DNA of 45,523 nucleotides, the filler included, from Jimgerdemannia flammicorona (lineage: Eukaryota), in NCBI GenBank assembly GCA_003990765.1. It is 2 parts of 2 records of this genome, joined end to end, with 100 filler letters (N's around TTAATTAATTAA, not from the genome) between each part and the next. Parts side by side here need not be neighbours in the genome. Positions count along the whole stretch, not along the records: positions 22,814 to 45,523 come from RBNJ01001221.1; 1 more part is not named here. The stretch is one strand, 5' to 3'. Every line of letters begins with the position of its first letter. The first letter of the stretch is position 1. Made by a program: the position numbers and the translations under genes. Shown in pieces: positions 23,001-35,881 of the stretch. The notes beneath the pieces were generated by a model that worked only from the letters and a program-made list of their open reading frames with translations, searched no databases and was not told the origin of the DNA.

Positions 23001-24996
23001 ATTTATAAAAGATATGTTTTTTTTTTAAAAAAATAAATAAATAAATAAATAAACTTTATAAATTTAATATTTTATAATTATTAAAATTATAAATAAGATA
23101 TTAAATATTAATTTAAATAAAATAATTTTTTTTAATTATAATTTTTTATAATTTAAAATATAATTATATTTATAATATTTTTTAGTAATTCTATTAATTA
23201 TTAATTAGCTTTACTTATTAGTTTTATAATTTTATAATTTATAAAATTATTTTAATATAATAGTTTTATTAATAAACTATTATGAAAAAATTATTTAGTT
23301 TTAAGTATGTTTATCAAAGATCTACAAATTCTAGTATATGTTTACAATAGTATATTATAAACTCAAATATATTTTATAAATAGAAATATATATATATTTG
23401 AATATTTGCTATAGATATGAACTTTTTTTATTAATGATAAATATGAACTCTTTAATATGAGTATAAGCTTATATTTTATAAATATAAATAGCTTATAAAT
23501 AATGAGTAAATATAAGATAAAATTTTCAAAAAAAGACTATTTTATTTCTTTTTTTATTTTCTTCTTTTGTAAATAGTTTCTTCTACTATATATCTTTCTC
23601 TATATTCTGCTCATCTCTCTCTTAGATTAGATTATTCTTATTCAATGAAAGAGAAATATCAGAGATATCGATCATCTTATCATTTTCATCTGAGTCAATA
23701 TCTTTGTTTAGATCATGAACTGTTTTTTCAATCTTAAGTAGATTGATATAGTTGTAAATCTTATTGATTATTCTAAATTATTTTATATATATTTTCTTAT
23801 ACTCTCTTTTATTGAAAGTTCTTAGTAAGGCATCAGATCAGATAATATAATTTAGCTATAATTATATAAGGAATAAATATATACTAAATAAGTATATACT
23901 AGTAAATATAAATCTACAAACTTGATAATATACCTACAAATATATAAATAATAGCAACTATATGATAATTAATATGTTTATCTTTTTGAAATATATTTGC
24001 AAACTGAGGTTTCTATTTGAAGAATATGAAATAAAGTAGTTACTTTATATCCCTTTGTCTGTAAATAAGATCGTCTTTTAAAATTATTTAGCAGACAAAT
24101 TAAAGTTTGAAAAAAATGATTTTTTGAAACATTGTTTTTCTGTTAAAAATATATCTCAATTTGTTTAAAAAAAAAAAATTTTTTTTTTATAAAATTTTTA
24201 CCAAAGGTAGAATTATTATATAAAATATTATTGGTAAAATTATTTTTAAAAGCTATTATGATTTTAAAAGTTATAAACTTTTAAAATCTTGCCTCTAAAT
24301 ATAGATGCAAAACAGTCAAAGAGATAGTTGTTATAGAATAGCTTACTAAGCTCACTCTTATCATCTTTTAGATAAATGAAATTATTCTGGACTTACAAAT
24401 ATTATACCACTTGTTGGCAAGTATGAGCAAGATCTTTTGGAGCTATAGATTTTAGCTATTCTATATTGGAGAAGATTTGATTGAAATTTTTGTCAAGACT
24501 TTGTGAATATGAAAATAATAGACTGTAATCTGATAGTATAGTTATTATTTTAATAAAAATGAAAATGGTTGAGTTTATAAACTACTAAATAAATATATAA
24601 ACAGAATATAAATAAAACACTCACTATAGCATAAATTGAACCATTACTATCTTTGGTCTTTAAGTCCATATCCTTCAAAATTTTAATATAATATCTATTT
24701 TTAAATTACCATTATACTTTGAAAAAAGATTTTCAAGAAAAAGATAATGAAGAAGTATGTCTATTGCAAGCTTCCAAATTACTTCATTAATCTTATATTT
24801 CTAGCAGAAGTCACTAATGTCTATGAATTTGCTAAATTATAATAAGAAAATTCAATTCATATTTATAAATAAACTATAATATATAAACTATAATTTATAA
24901 ACTTATTTTCAAAAACAACTTACTCATTTCTTTTTCTACTTTACTTAACTATCTATTCTATATATATAACCAAATGAGCCTCTACATTATTATTCA

Positions 24997-25086
24997 GAAG
25001 TATCTTATTATCTGAAAGTACCTCATCATTTGGAAGCACCTCATTATCCAAAAGTACCTCTTCATCTAGAAGTATCTCATTGTCTG
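24997..25086 (+). repeat. five degenerate 18-bp tandem repeats
   Basis: GAAGTATCTTATTATCTG / AAAGTACCTCATCATTTG / GAAGCACCTCATTATCCA / AAAGTACCTCTTCATCTA / GAAGTATCTCATTGTCTG. Confidence 0.75.
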
Positions 25087-25137
25087 AACTATATAGAAAC
25101 ACCTTGTTATTCTGAATTATAAGCTTAAATTATTCAT

Positions 25138-26084
25138 TTTTTTTTTTTTTTTTTTTTTTATAGTTACTTGGACTCTGTTCCTTTATTAATACCCATCTAT
25201 CCCATATAAATACAGTGATCCCACCCCCTATCCAATCTCCCTAGGGGGACTCCTCCCCTCTACCTCTTCCCAATGAAAGACCACCTTGTCTAACACCATC
25301 GCCACCCTTCCACCACTCTGCTCACAGATCCTTACCACCAAACCACAATACTGACCCCCCTGAGGGCCCCAACCCACCCACCATCCAGTCAGCAGATCCC
25401 CCAACAGCTCCTCCCACCTTAATACCTTCTCTTGCAGCCCCAACCGCTGCCCCTCCTCAAATACAAAAAGCCAATGTCCAGTTAATCCCACCCATACTGC
25501 TAGTACCCACCCTACAGTGAGCCAACTATCACCCACCCCACCCACAAGCCAAGTCCTCAAGTCCCCCCAGCGGCCCCCCTCCCCCCCCAGCCTCCTCCCT
25601 ACACCCAATCTATCCCCTATTTCAGCCCAAAACTCCTCCAAAACCTCACACTCCCCCAGCCAATGTTCTGGCATCTGTACATGACCCTCAGCTCACCCAA
25701 CATCGTAACACTCTTCACAGTCGAATCATCCACCCTCTACCAAATGCCCCATGTGGAAATTCAGCATGACATTTCTCCTCAACATTCTCTACCATACCAC
25801 CCAGAACTTAGGAGGCAGCCACTGCCATACCTCTGCACTCCAAGACCAGATACCTGCCCAGTCCCACTCCTCGCTGATCCCAGCTGCCTGCCAGCCACCT
25901 GGCCAAAGATCCTGGCCAAGCCCCTGCTGATACTCCACTCTCTCCCCAATATCGAACATAGCCAGTGAAGTATCCCCCAGGAGCAGCCTATCCCAACACC
26001 ACATATTAGGCCCCCACACTGCTTCTCCCTCATTGCCTTGCCATCGCAGGCCAATCTGGTGAGCTCCATCCGCCACTCCCCACC
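25138..26084 (-). mobile_element. 5'-truncated LINE, copy 2, subfamily B
   Basis: poly(T) at ~25137-25158; ORF2 C-terminus ...EHWLGEC...PPREIG*; 16-bp TSD AGCTT(A/G)AATTATTCAT at 25122-25137 and 26085-26100. Confidence 0.92.
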
Positions 26085-27522
26085 AGCTTGAATTATTCAT
26101 TATCTCTGCCTAATTTACTACTTTTATCTTATTCACCAACTCTGCCTTCATCTTAATCTTATATAGTCTTTTGCTATTTAACTGCTCTCTCATTGAAGTT
26201 AGAAGTTACAAACTTACTGATACATATTGACCTTATTTAGGCATAATATAGTCTGCTTGATTTTGTATACCTTCATAGTCTAGTATAGTCTATCTGTAGT
26301 CTGCTCCTGATTTTGTACACCTTTATGGTCTACAGTCTGTCTGTAGTTTGCTACTCCTTAGTTTTATAGAACTGAGGAAATTTATTTACAGCTTGATATA
26401 TATTACTCATGACTTGGTACTTATTGTTCATACTGAGACATATTTTGTTTATCTTAGAATATAATCTGTTATCTTTAGATATGAAGAGATTATGGTAAAG
26501 GAGAGTAAAAAAAGACATAATTCTTCTAGATAAAGATCTCTTTTTATATCTGCAATGTTCATAATAGACATATATATACAGATGTTAAAAAGTCTAATAA
26601 GTGAATATAAAGCTTACTTACTTATATTTAGTTAATATGATAAAGTACAAGTATATTAAACAAGTATATATTAAATAAGTATATATTAAGCAAGCATATT
26701 AAGCAAGCACATTAAGAGAAAAAGTGTAAAGCCAATCAGATAAAGAATTTAAAGAATTCTATTTTAGACTAGTATGTTTCATATTTATGAACTTACTGTT
26801 AAAATTCATATTATCCTTTAAATTCTTCCCTACTTCAAATCTAATATCAATATAAAGCTTTTTTGCTCATATTGTAATCTAAAGTACAAATCTGCCTCAG
26901 GATTAACTTGACATATCTATAAGATGCATGATATACTTATATAATATTAGAATGACAAATCAATCCTTGAATTTCCAGTTTATCAAGATTTTAGTAACTT
27001 TAATATTATACTATTATTATTAATAAATTTATCTATAGTTTATAAGTTAACCTTAAATTCTACATATATTTCAAGTTGGAGTAATTTATATAAATGAACT
27101 TGAAAGATTTCAGATAATTATACTAAACATATATATAATTTAAGATAATATCAGTATGATAGTCTATTTTCAATTCAAGAATAGAAAAGTTTATTGTTTA
27201 GCAAAAATGACAATTTAATTTAAAATTAGAGAAGCCCATCTACTATATTGGAGTTTGGTAAGGATTATATTATTCACAAACCAATTGGTGATCAGATTAT
27301 CAATAGCAAGAAAGTACTTATATAATATAACAAATTTATTTCTAAACTCAGATAGATACCTATATATAACTGATATGAATAATCCTTTATATTCTTGAAA
27401 GAATGATAGAGAAATTTGGTTTATAAATCTATTATTCACCTTTCTCCTATAAAATTCATATTACACCAACTTCAAGTAATGGTTTTGACATAACTCAGAG
27501 AAAAGATACTATAAAAATATTA

Positions 27523-28418
27523 TTGAGCAAGAGTTCCAAGGAGTATACTGGGTTGGGTGGATCTGGAGTATTTGGCTGGCAGCAGGTGGGGAGAGATTAT
27601 AGTCTGGAGTTGGGGAATTTTGGAGGGTTGAAGGGTGAAGAAGGCTCTGGAGGAGGTTCAGTGTCAGATAGAACTAAGGGTAGGCCAGAACCCTCCAGCT
27701 TTGTGGACAAGGTAAAGGTGAGTAGATGGCCAGCTGGAACTAGAGCTGGTGCTGCTGAGGGGAAGAGCAAGGCTAGCATTAGGAGGGGGAGTAGTACTCA
27801 GGTGGGGGAGGTGAGCATAGGTGCTGAAGATACTATGGCTGGGGAAGTGACTGTTGATGAGAGTGTGATGGGGAATCAAGAAAAAAAAAAAGATATAATG
27901 GCTAATAGCAAGGTAGGGCAGGGGTTCCCAATGTGGAAGGGAGACCTGGTAGATAGTGTGGCAGAGCTGGCAGTAGCACTATTGCTCAAGAAGTTAATCT
28001 TGGAGTTTACAGCTATCTTGTGCTTCTGGGGCTTAGTAGTAATGGTGAGGATAGTCCTGGGGCTTATCTCAAAACAGGTAGCTGGGGCAGCCTCAGTGAA
28101 GTTCCTAAAGGGCCTAGAGGGGGTTGAGGTGGGCTTTGAGGAGGTGGGCCCACTGGACAAGGCTCTGAAGACTGGAGTGGTGGTCAGAGAGATAGTGGTC
28201 CCTATGATATAGTGCTTGAGGTAGGACCCCAGAGTAGTGCAGTTACTAGTGAAGGGGGTACCTATGGTGACAAAAGATGAAACTAGGAGGAGGGTGAAGG
28301 AGGTAATGGCAGAGTATGGTGATGTAGTAGATATAGGCTTCTAGATGTAGGAGGGGACCACCTTCAGAATGGGAGACATAGATGTCAGGATTCAACTGGC
28401 TGGGAGAGAGGCCACAGG
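27523..28418 (+). pseudogene. LINE copy 3 ORF1, 5' part
   Basis: homologous to 43337-44260 (FGWQQV, FVDKV, AASVKFL, VEVGFEE). Confidence 0.85.
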
Positions 28419-29280
28419 TAGTGCTCTGAACAAATGGAGTTGATCCAGATGAGATTCGATTCAGGTTTATCATATGATGGATTCGAATCAACTCAGATTG
28501 GTCTCGTGATCTGATCCGGATTGAAATCTTTAGTGACATCACCCTTTCTTTTATTCATTTCGCTCTTGTTTTTTTTTTCCTACCATACTTTGGTAATATC
28601 ACCCTTTTCTTTGTTCCCTCTCTTTTCTTTGTTCTTTTTCTTTGTTCTTTCCTGCCACATCATGAGCAAACAAAACAGCAGCTCTTAATTCGTATATTGG
28701 TCCAGTCTACTCATTTTTCACCCTACAATGATCATCAAAAGAGAGAGTATTCAAAGTGGAAATGCACTCTCTGCTGATAATGTTAGATTCTTTCTCATAT
28801 AGGCAGCACATAAGCTGCTCATCAAGAGCCAAAGGGGCGACAGTGGTGGTAATAGCAATGGTGATGACAATGGTGGAGATGAGGGTGAATTCCGGTAACA
28901 ACTCATAGTGGCCCTTCAGACCTCAGAATTCACAGACCTCATAGATATATATGGCAGCCTTTTTGGAGCAGCCGGTAATAGATATAGGTTGCTCTTTTCT
29001 GCCACTACTTTTTACTTGTTTAAATTCCCCCAGTACGATCTGATTCACCTTGTGCTCTTCTTAGGGTCTACAGCTCTATGGTGAGATCTGCCGACTTTAT
29101 TCGCAACATCTGGTCAAGATGAAGAAAGATTGGAGGATATTGCAGAGCATGCCTTTGGTGGCTGAGCTGTTGAGTCAATGTATCGCATGGCAGAGGTCTC
29201 AAAAGAAACAGAAGCCAGCCTTTGTGAGCAATCTTGTGCAACTCATGCAACTCGTCAATGTGCAACTCATCAGTATGCAG

Positions 29281-29313
29281 CTCACTCACTCACTCACTCA
29301 CTCACTCACTCAC
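29281..29313 (+). repeat. (CTCA)n microsatellite
   Basis: about 8 perfect units. Confidence 0.9.
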
Positions 29314-29393
29314 GCTCTTTTCTGAAATACCCATCTCCATATTTTATTAAATTTCATTTTTTACATGGTCTCCCCCTAAAAAACACCCATACC

Positions 29394-29505
29394 TGCATGC
29401 AACCCGCCTGCATACAACTCGTCCGCACACAATCTATCTGCATGCAACCTGTCTGCATACAACCCGTCTGCACACAACCCATCCACATGCAACCCATCCG
29501 CACAC
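29394..29505 (+). repeat. 15-bp minisatellite
   Basis: TGCATGCAACCCGCC-type unit, about 7 copies. Confidence 0.85.
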
Positions 29506-31092
29506 TTATCTCAATCCCTCAGATCAGGGCTCAGTTCCATTGGAAAGGAGAGTTCAAAGTTACCCGAGTTCAACCATGTCCGGCATCTGATCAAATAGAG
29601 AAGTTCGAGGGCAAGATATTTAGTATGAGCAGTATCAGTATCATCATCAAGGCTTGGGGATCTACATTCGAATCAGAGCCAATCGTTCTCGACCAAGGGG
29701 TCCATTGATCAGTAGGAGTAACTAACAATGAAGAGAACCATATCTTTATTAATGAATGTAGAGAGATGGTTGCAATGGTGGTAAGAAACCTCTATAGTAA
29801 CAAGCTTTGCTACCACATCAACAAGATTTGCAAGGATTGTGTCAAATACCGGGTAGCAGGAAAGAGGGGGTGAAAAAAGCAAGAAGGGGAGGTTTGGATG
29901 GGAATTGGGTATACCACAACACTGGCGAAGGGTGGGTTCCAAAATTCCCTGCACTTGTCTCCCTTTTTTTTTACTCCTCTTCAGATAAATCACACTCTTT
30001 GCCAATATACTCTTTTTGATACAAATCCAGAGATGCATAAGATTCTGTACCCCTACTGGAACTTTAGAAGTGCTGTCGAAGAGTAAACTACACATGAGCA
30101 TGACACAGCCTGTATAGCAATGGCAGCTATGATCTGGGGTTCTTTGAGCAGATTGGTAGAGCATATGGTAGGCCTGCTTGGTGGTGATCTCAGTGCAGCT
30201 ATATATACATTCTTGGTGCAATTTAGTATATCATATGAGGTAAGGAGCTCCACTTTTTTGAGGTGCTGCAGCCTGGGGGATTTCTGTGGCCCAGGGGGTT
30301 TCTGCCCCCCTGTACACAAAAAGGACTAACTGGTTGCTGTCTGTTTTGGTAGGTTTCCAAGCTGGGGCTCCCGGGGCTGGACCAAGGGCAGGCATCTACT
30401 AGCACAGCCTGGCAGTATGAGGTCCTGGGCCAAGGGTTCACCCAACCATATACTCACATCACATCAGGATATATTGGGTGCAACCATTCTCTGCCCACAC
30501 ATACAGACAACAATGTCACCTCAGTAATGTTTTATATCTCGGAAAGGAAGGGCCCAACCTGGAAGAATAGCAGTAGAGTCTGGTATGACCTCACCTATAG
30601 TTTCAGGGTCCCATTTGTGGTCAATACGACTATTCTCTTCCAACCACATAACCACCATAGCACCGTTACCTTTGAGGAGAGCTTGGATATAACAGTTATC
30701 ATACTTACAATAGATGATAGGCTCATCAAGGCCTGGGACTGACAGGTGGAGCAGTTTTTGTGAGGGTAAGGTAATCTTTTGCAAGGGATAGGCAGTCTTT
30801 TGTGAGGGTTAGGTAGTCATTTTGTGCAGGTTGGGCAGTCTTATGTAGGGGGTTGGGCCGGGTGCCTCTTCTGTAGCACTAGCTTAGCCATTATGCAGAG
30901 CCCTACTGGCCCCTTGACCCTACTCTGCAGTACTGCCAGTGCAGTACTATGGTGTAAGGCCAGGGCACCCATGGGACCCGAACCGGTGATAAGGCCCGAA
31001 TCTGTAGTGGACTTCGACCACTAGAAACGCCCTCTGACCACCAGAAGCACCCTTCAACCACTAGAAGCACTCTTCACCCTGGACTTCTTGGT

Positions 31093-31750
31093 GGCTTGGG
31101 GCTGCCCCCTATGCTACTGGCAGAGGGCCGCAAATTTTGCGTACTCCCTCTGTCTGCCCTGCCCATCCTGGATACTTGTGGCTTGGGGCTTCCCCTTGCT
31201 GCCAGCAGAGGGCTACAAATTTTGCATACTCTCTCGCTGACCCTGCACCCATCAACCCTGCCAACTGACCCTGTCCACTGACTCAGGTGCTGACAGCTTG
31301 GGGCTGCCCCTCACTGCTGGTAGAGGGCCGCAAATTTTGCACACTCCCTCTACCTGTCCTGTCCATCTCAGACACTTATGGCTCAGGGCTGCCCCTTGCT
31401 GCTGGCAGAGGGCCACAAATTTTATGTGCTCCCTTTGCTGACCCTGCACCCACCAACCCCACTGACTGACCCTGCCTACTGACCTGGACACTGATAGCTC
31501 AGGGCTGCCCCTCGCTGCTGGCGGAGGACCACAAGTTTTGCATGTTCCCTCTACCAACCCCCCTGACTGGGACACTTGCAGCTTGGGGCTGCCCCTCACT
31601 GCCGGTAGAGGGCTGCAAATTTTGTACACTCCCTCTGCCAACCTGCCCACTGACCTGGGTACTGACAGCTTGGGGCTGCCCCTTACTGCTGGCAGAGGGC
31701 CACAAACACTATGCACTCCCTCCACTATCACCGCCAACCCTGCCGACTAC
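31093..31750 (+). repeat. GC-rich minisatellite with alternating ~85/115-bp units
   Basis: core GCTTGGGGCTGCCCC...GGCAGAGGGCC(G/A)CAAATTTTG recurs at ~31093, 31180, 31295, 31380, 31496, 31580, 31667. Confidence 0.88.
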
Positions 31751-31879
31751 TGCCCACTTGGGCCACAAACTCCAGGCCGAGTCCTCAGGGTTTTTTACCT
31801 TTTTTATTATTTTTGAAAGGTATTAAATATTCCACAAGGCCAACCAACTTATCTGTAAACCCCCAGGACCTGCCGAATT

Positions 31880-34517
31880 TTAGTGGCCCAAACTCCACCA
31901 AGACTTCAGACACATACATGCCCAGATTGTCTCAGTATTCAATACACACCTCTTTGGAGCAATGAGGTCCACCCCATCTGAGAACACCCACTCGATGGGA
32001 GCACTGGAGGCAGGAATCGCCAGGTAGTCCTGAGCCATGCCACATAGGCTGGGGAAGTCCATTTGATATAGCTGCATACTCTGGTGGATAGAGTGGTAGT
32101 TAGATTGATGGATTAAGTTAGCCTAATGCCCACCTGACAATGCCCACCTGACAACCCACCTTCCACCAGTTGAGTACCTCCATGCCCTCCAGCAGGATCA
32201 CATGGTCACTGGCAAGGTAAATGGTAAGTTCATCTATTGATGGCAGCTCTTCCACTGATGGCTCCCTCTTCCTCTTTCTGCTGAAGTAAATGTGGGACAG
32301 GAGGGATTTCTCAGTATATTTGTCTGGACTTCAGCCAGAACCTTGCAGTGGTGCATAGTTTTTCCAGTACACTTCGATTACAGCCTGCTTGATTCTCTCA
32401 ATGAAGTGCTGCTCCCAGTCCTGATCTTTATGGTATTGTAGTTTTAAGCATAGGTCCAGTACTGTTCAAAGAAGAGAAGAGAGTGAGCTTTTGCAGGGGT
32501 TTCTCTGTTTTGGAAGGGACAATGGCCACACACCAACATTGACATATCTGTACTGATTGAGTATATAGTAGTATCTGTTTGGGAGTAGTACTTTCTGAGC
32601 TTGCTAAGAGCAACCTCTATAGTGTCTCTCTGATCTAGGCTCAACCATAAATTACCACAATCCTCTAGCCTGTCCTCAAGCTTGTCCTCTAGCCAGTCAA
32701 TCAGAAGGTTATATATATACTAGTATTGCTGAGCTTATTGTTGGGGTCATTTGTTTGACTATATCCTTTGTACAATCATCAAAACACTGGCAGTTATATG
32801 TGGTGAGGTGTTGCATTGTGCAGAGGCAGACAAAATGAGTATAGAGGCTGATAAAATGAGTGTAGAGCTAGAGCAATCACCACTTACTTCCAAAACTCTG
32901 ACAACATTCCTAAGTACGTCCCACTTGCTTTCACCTAGAGCCTCGGCCTATATTTCCTTGTCAGCAGCCACTGTTGAATCTATTGGCTTTTTTTGTTTTT
33001 TTTTTAAAATAAATTATCTGAAACAAGTTGCTTCAGCTGACTGAAGAAAAAAAGGATGTATACCACAGCAAACTCCAGCACATGCTGGATCATTGCAAAT
33101 ATTGAGTTCCAATGCATACAGACGTCCAATATAAGCTCTTTCAGGGCTAAACTGATTGCCCTACACTATGTAGCAAATTTGTCTCATCATTGTGGGGATG
33201 ATTGGACTGATACAATCAGATTATGCAGCTTGGAAATTATACTCAGGGCCCCTCCTCTCTCGGATATTTTGTCTATGTGTGTAAGATAGTCCTGAATAGC
33301 GAGGTTCAGTACATGGGCCTGGTATCGTATACAGCAGCTTTCTGTACCAAAGGCTACATTTTCCTATTTGAGGCTGGCTGCTAAAACTTTGAAAAATGTT
33401 GAGTTGTTTGTGGCATTGTCCATCATAATGACCAAAATCTGTACTTGAAATATTTAGTTGGTGAATTTATGCAAAAATAAATAATTAATAAAATCTGGTT
33501 TGTTTTAGGACCTCTCTCAAAATGCCAACCTGATGACAAGCCCCCCTTTTTTACCTTAGTTGTGATCCCAAGCTCCTGGATACAACTAATAAAAGCATCT
33601 GTGATGTTGTCTCCAGAATGAGGGCCAGCAAGTTTGATGAAGTCAAGGGTAAGAGATTTAAGCTACCAATTGAAGTCAATCCAATGACCAGTAATGCCCA
33701 GAAATGAAATTGCATTAGGGAATGTCTATGTGTTGATCATAAACAAAATTTTGCCTGCCAAATTCTGCTTATTAAATGTGAGGTTAAATTGGTGTACTCT
33801 TTTATATAATTCAGCTTGCAAAGGTCACAGTGCTGCCCTTATTTTACTTGAAGTGTCTGGTGAAGATTGTTATACTCCTTCCTATAGGCCTCCAGGACAT
33901 CTTTGCGAATAGTATCGACACTTGGCAAATATAAATCATGCTTGAGAAGGCCAAAGATGCTATGCAATTGATCACTCTTGATGGTTATGAATGGTTGATC
34001 TGTACATACAATCTAGCGAATGAGCCAATTTCGAAATTCTGCTGAAGAGTATGACTAAATATTTTTGATTAAATGGCATTGTTGGTACAGAAATGGTTGG
34101 GCAATCAGATAAATGTATCCACCATAGCTTGGATGTCAATTTTATTTGTCTCCGTGTTCTTTTTGATTTTGTCAGAGTGCTTGTCTTTTATGTATCAATT
34201 TATATTTGAAGTCATACCCCTAAGCATTTTGAACTTCTGGCTGGTGCAGTTTATGGGGGTGGATGAAATAATATCATGTGTGTGTCAAAACAAACAAAAG
34301 GTATCAATAGGTGTGTCTTAATTTTTTACCTACAATAATTACAAACAATATCATCTCCTATCTTAGCACAATGTTGCCAGATTTCAGAGCAAGGATTGCA
34401 TGGAAGATGTGGAACTATCAGGGATGTTTGACTTGAAGCATTATTGGTACTGTGAACTATTGAAGACTGATCTGTTGACATATGTGTTTGTGTGTTTGTA
34501 TATACATGTGTATGCAT
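31880..34517 (-). pseudogene. intron-containing hAT transposase pseudogene (BED finger, DDE core, dimerisation domain)
   Basis: IWQHC....VCNYC; decayed D1 region (..PNAISFLGITGHWID), GPHSGDNI, DNATNN, AHVLNLA, DVCMHWNS, FPSLCGMAQDYLAIPASSAPIEWVFS...CMCLKSW. Confidence 0.88.
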
Positions 34518-34579
34518 GTATGTGTATTGTGTATATATGTATGTGTATTATGTTGTGGATGTATCCGGCATATGAGTCA

Positions 34580-34900
34580 TGTGGAGGATTTGGATTGGAG
34601 GATTTAGTTGAAGGATTCAGATGAGGATTCAGATTGAAGAATTCGAATTGGAGGATTTAAATTAGAGGATTCAAATTGGAGGATTTAGATTGAGTGATTC
34701 GGATTGAGTGATTCGGATTGAGTGATTTGGATTGAGTGATTTGGATTGAGTAATTTGGATTGGGGTAGTTTGGATGGGTGATTCGGATGGAGCAATTCAG
34801 ATGGGGCAATTCGGATTAATCCAAGTTGATTTGGATGGCTTTGGATTTGAGATTCAGATCAAACTGTTATGTGATGAATCGAATCCAGATTTGATTCGAA
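34580..34900. repeat. hAT subterminal short repeats
   Basis: many GGATTGAGTGATT(C/T)-like ~14-bp units. Confidence 0.8.
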
Positions 34901-35881
34901 TTGACTTGTTTGGAGCACTACTCAGTGGGTATACTTTGGGGTTTCTGATATGATAAAAGGTGGACAGGTGATGGCAGTTGGCGAGGATGAGCTGGTGGAT
35001 GTCCCAGAGGAGGGGTGAGATGAGATAGCTAGTGTAGAGACTGATACCATGATGATTGATGCAGGAAGGCCAGGAATGCTGGGAGAGAAGAAGGTGGAGA
35101 ACCTGTTGTAGATGAGCAAGATAATGAATAACTTCATGGCTGAGGAGCTGAGGGAAGTGGACCTGTGTGTGATGCCTGAGGAGAACTGGACATGGATTCT
35201 GTATAAAAATAGAGTGGTGGAGGCACTGAAGACAGAGATACTTGCAATTTTCCTAGAGAAGAAGGGTTATGAGATTGATAAGGTGAGGGAGACTGAGCTG
35301 GCAGTCATGGCTGGTGAGCAAGCTACCTACTGTTGGGCAGAGCATTATGGGTTACAACTCTGGCAGAAGGCTTACCTGGAATATTATAAGGATCTTGAGG
35401 AAAAAGAGGATGGGGAGATGGCTGAACTTCTGGTAGGGTTGGAGATATAGGCAGCTGAAGAGAAGGCACTGGTTGCAGAACATAACTTGGACTTAGCATA
35501 GGAGGAGTTAAATGTGAATTTGTAGAGAATGTGATTGATAATCAATATTTATTCCTTATGAATAGTACAACTAACATTTTCTCTCTAAATGTGAATGGGT
35601 TACAGGGATCTGGACAGCATAAGAACATTTTTACTTGGCTTAAGGAATTGGAGGCTGATCTCTTTTTACTATAGGATGTACAGTGTGAGGGTGAGAAGGA
35701 TCAGATAGAGTGGACTAGAGAATGGGGTAGAGCTACTGCTTAGATTAGTAAAGTGGCGATTCTGGTGAGAAAGGGTAGAGGAGATTTAGGGGGCATTAGG
35801 AGCTAGGGTGACTGTTTGGTCTAGAGAGACTGGCATTGGCCTGGGTGGGAGTCAGTGAGGGTTGGCTCCTGCTATTGCCCT

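Larger units (their letters stand above)
28419..34920 (-). mobile_element. hAT-family DNA transposon unit (6.5 kb)
   Basis: TIRs TAGTGCTCTGAACAA / TTGTTTGGAGCACTA; GATTC/GAATC-rich subterminal repeats at both ends; hAT transposase inside; no 8-bp TSD. Confidence 0.75.

Noticed and set aside
22996..24990. AT-rich tract with faint protein-like stretches on the minus strand (~24300-24530)
   Set aside because: too eroded to assign; no motif I can support
26240..26720. short degenerate tandem repeats as Plavaka subterminal repeats
   Set aside because: no terminal inverted repeat found to anchor the claim
31093..31750. CRISPR-like repeat/spacer appearance
   Set aside because: the 'spacers' are homologous to each other, the repeats are long and degenerate, no cas genes, eukaryotic context
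31252..31826. overlapping ORFs of 60-160 aa
   Set aside because: read-through of the GC-rich minisatellite in several frames
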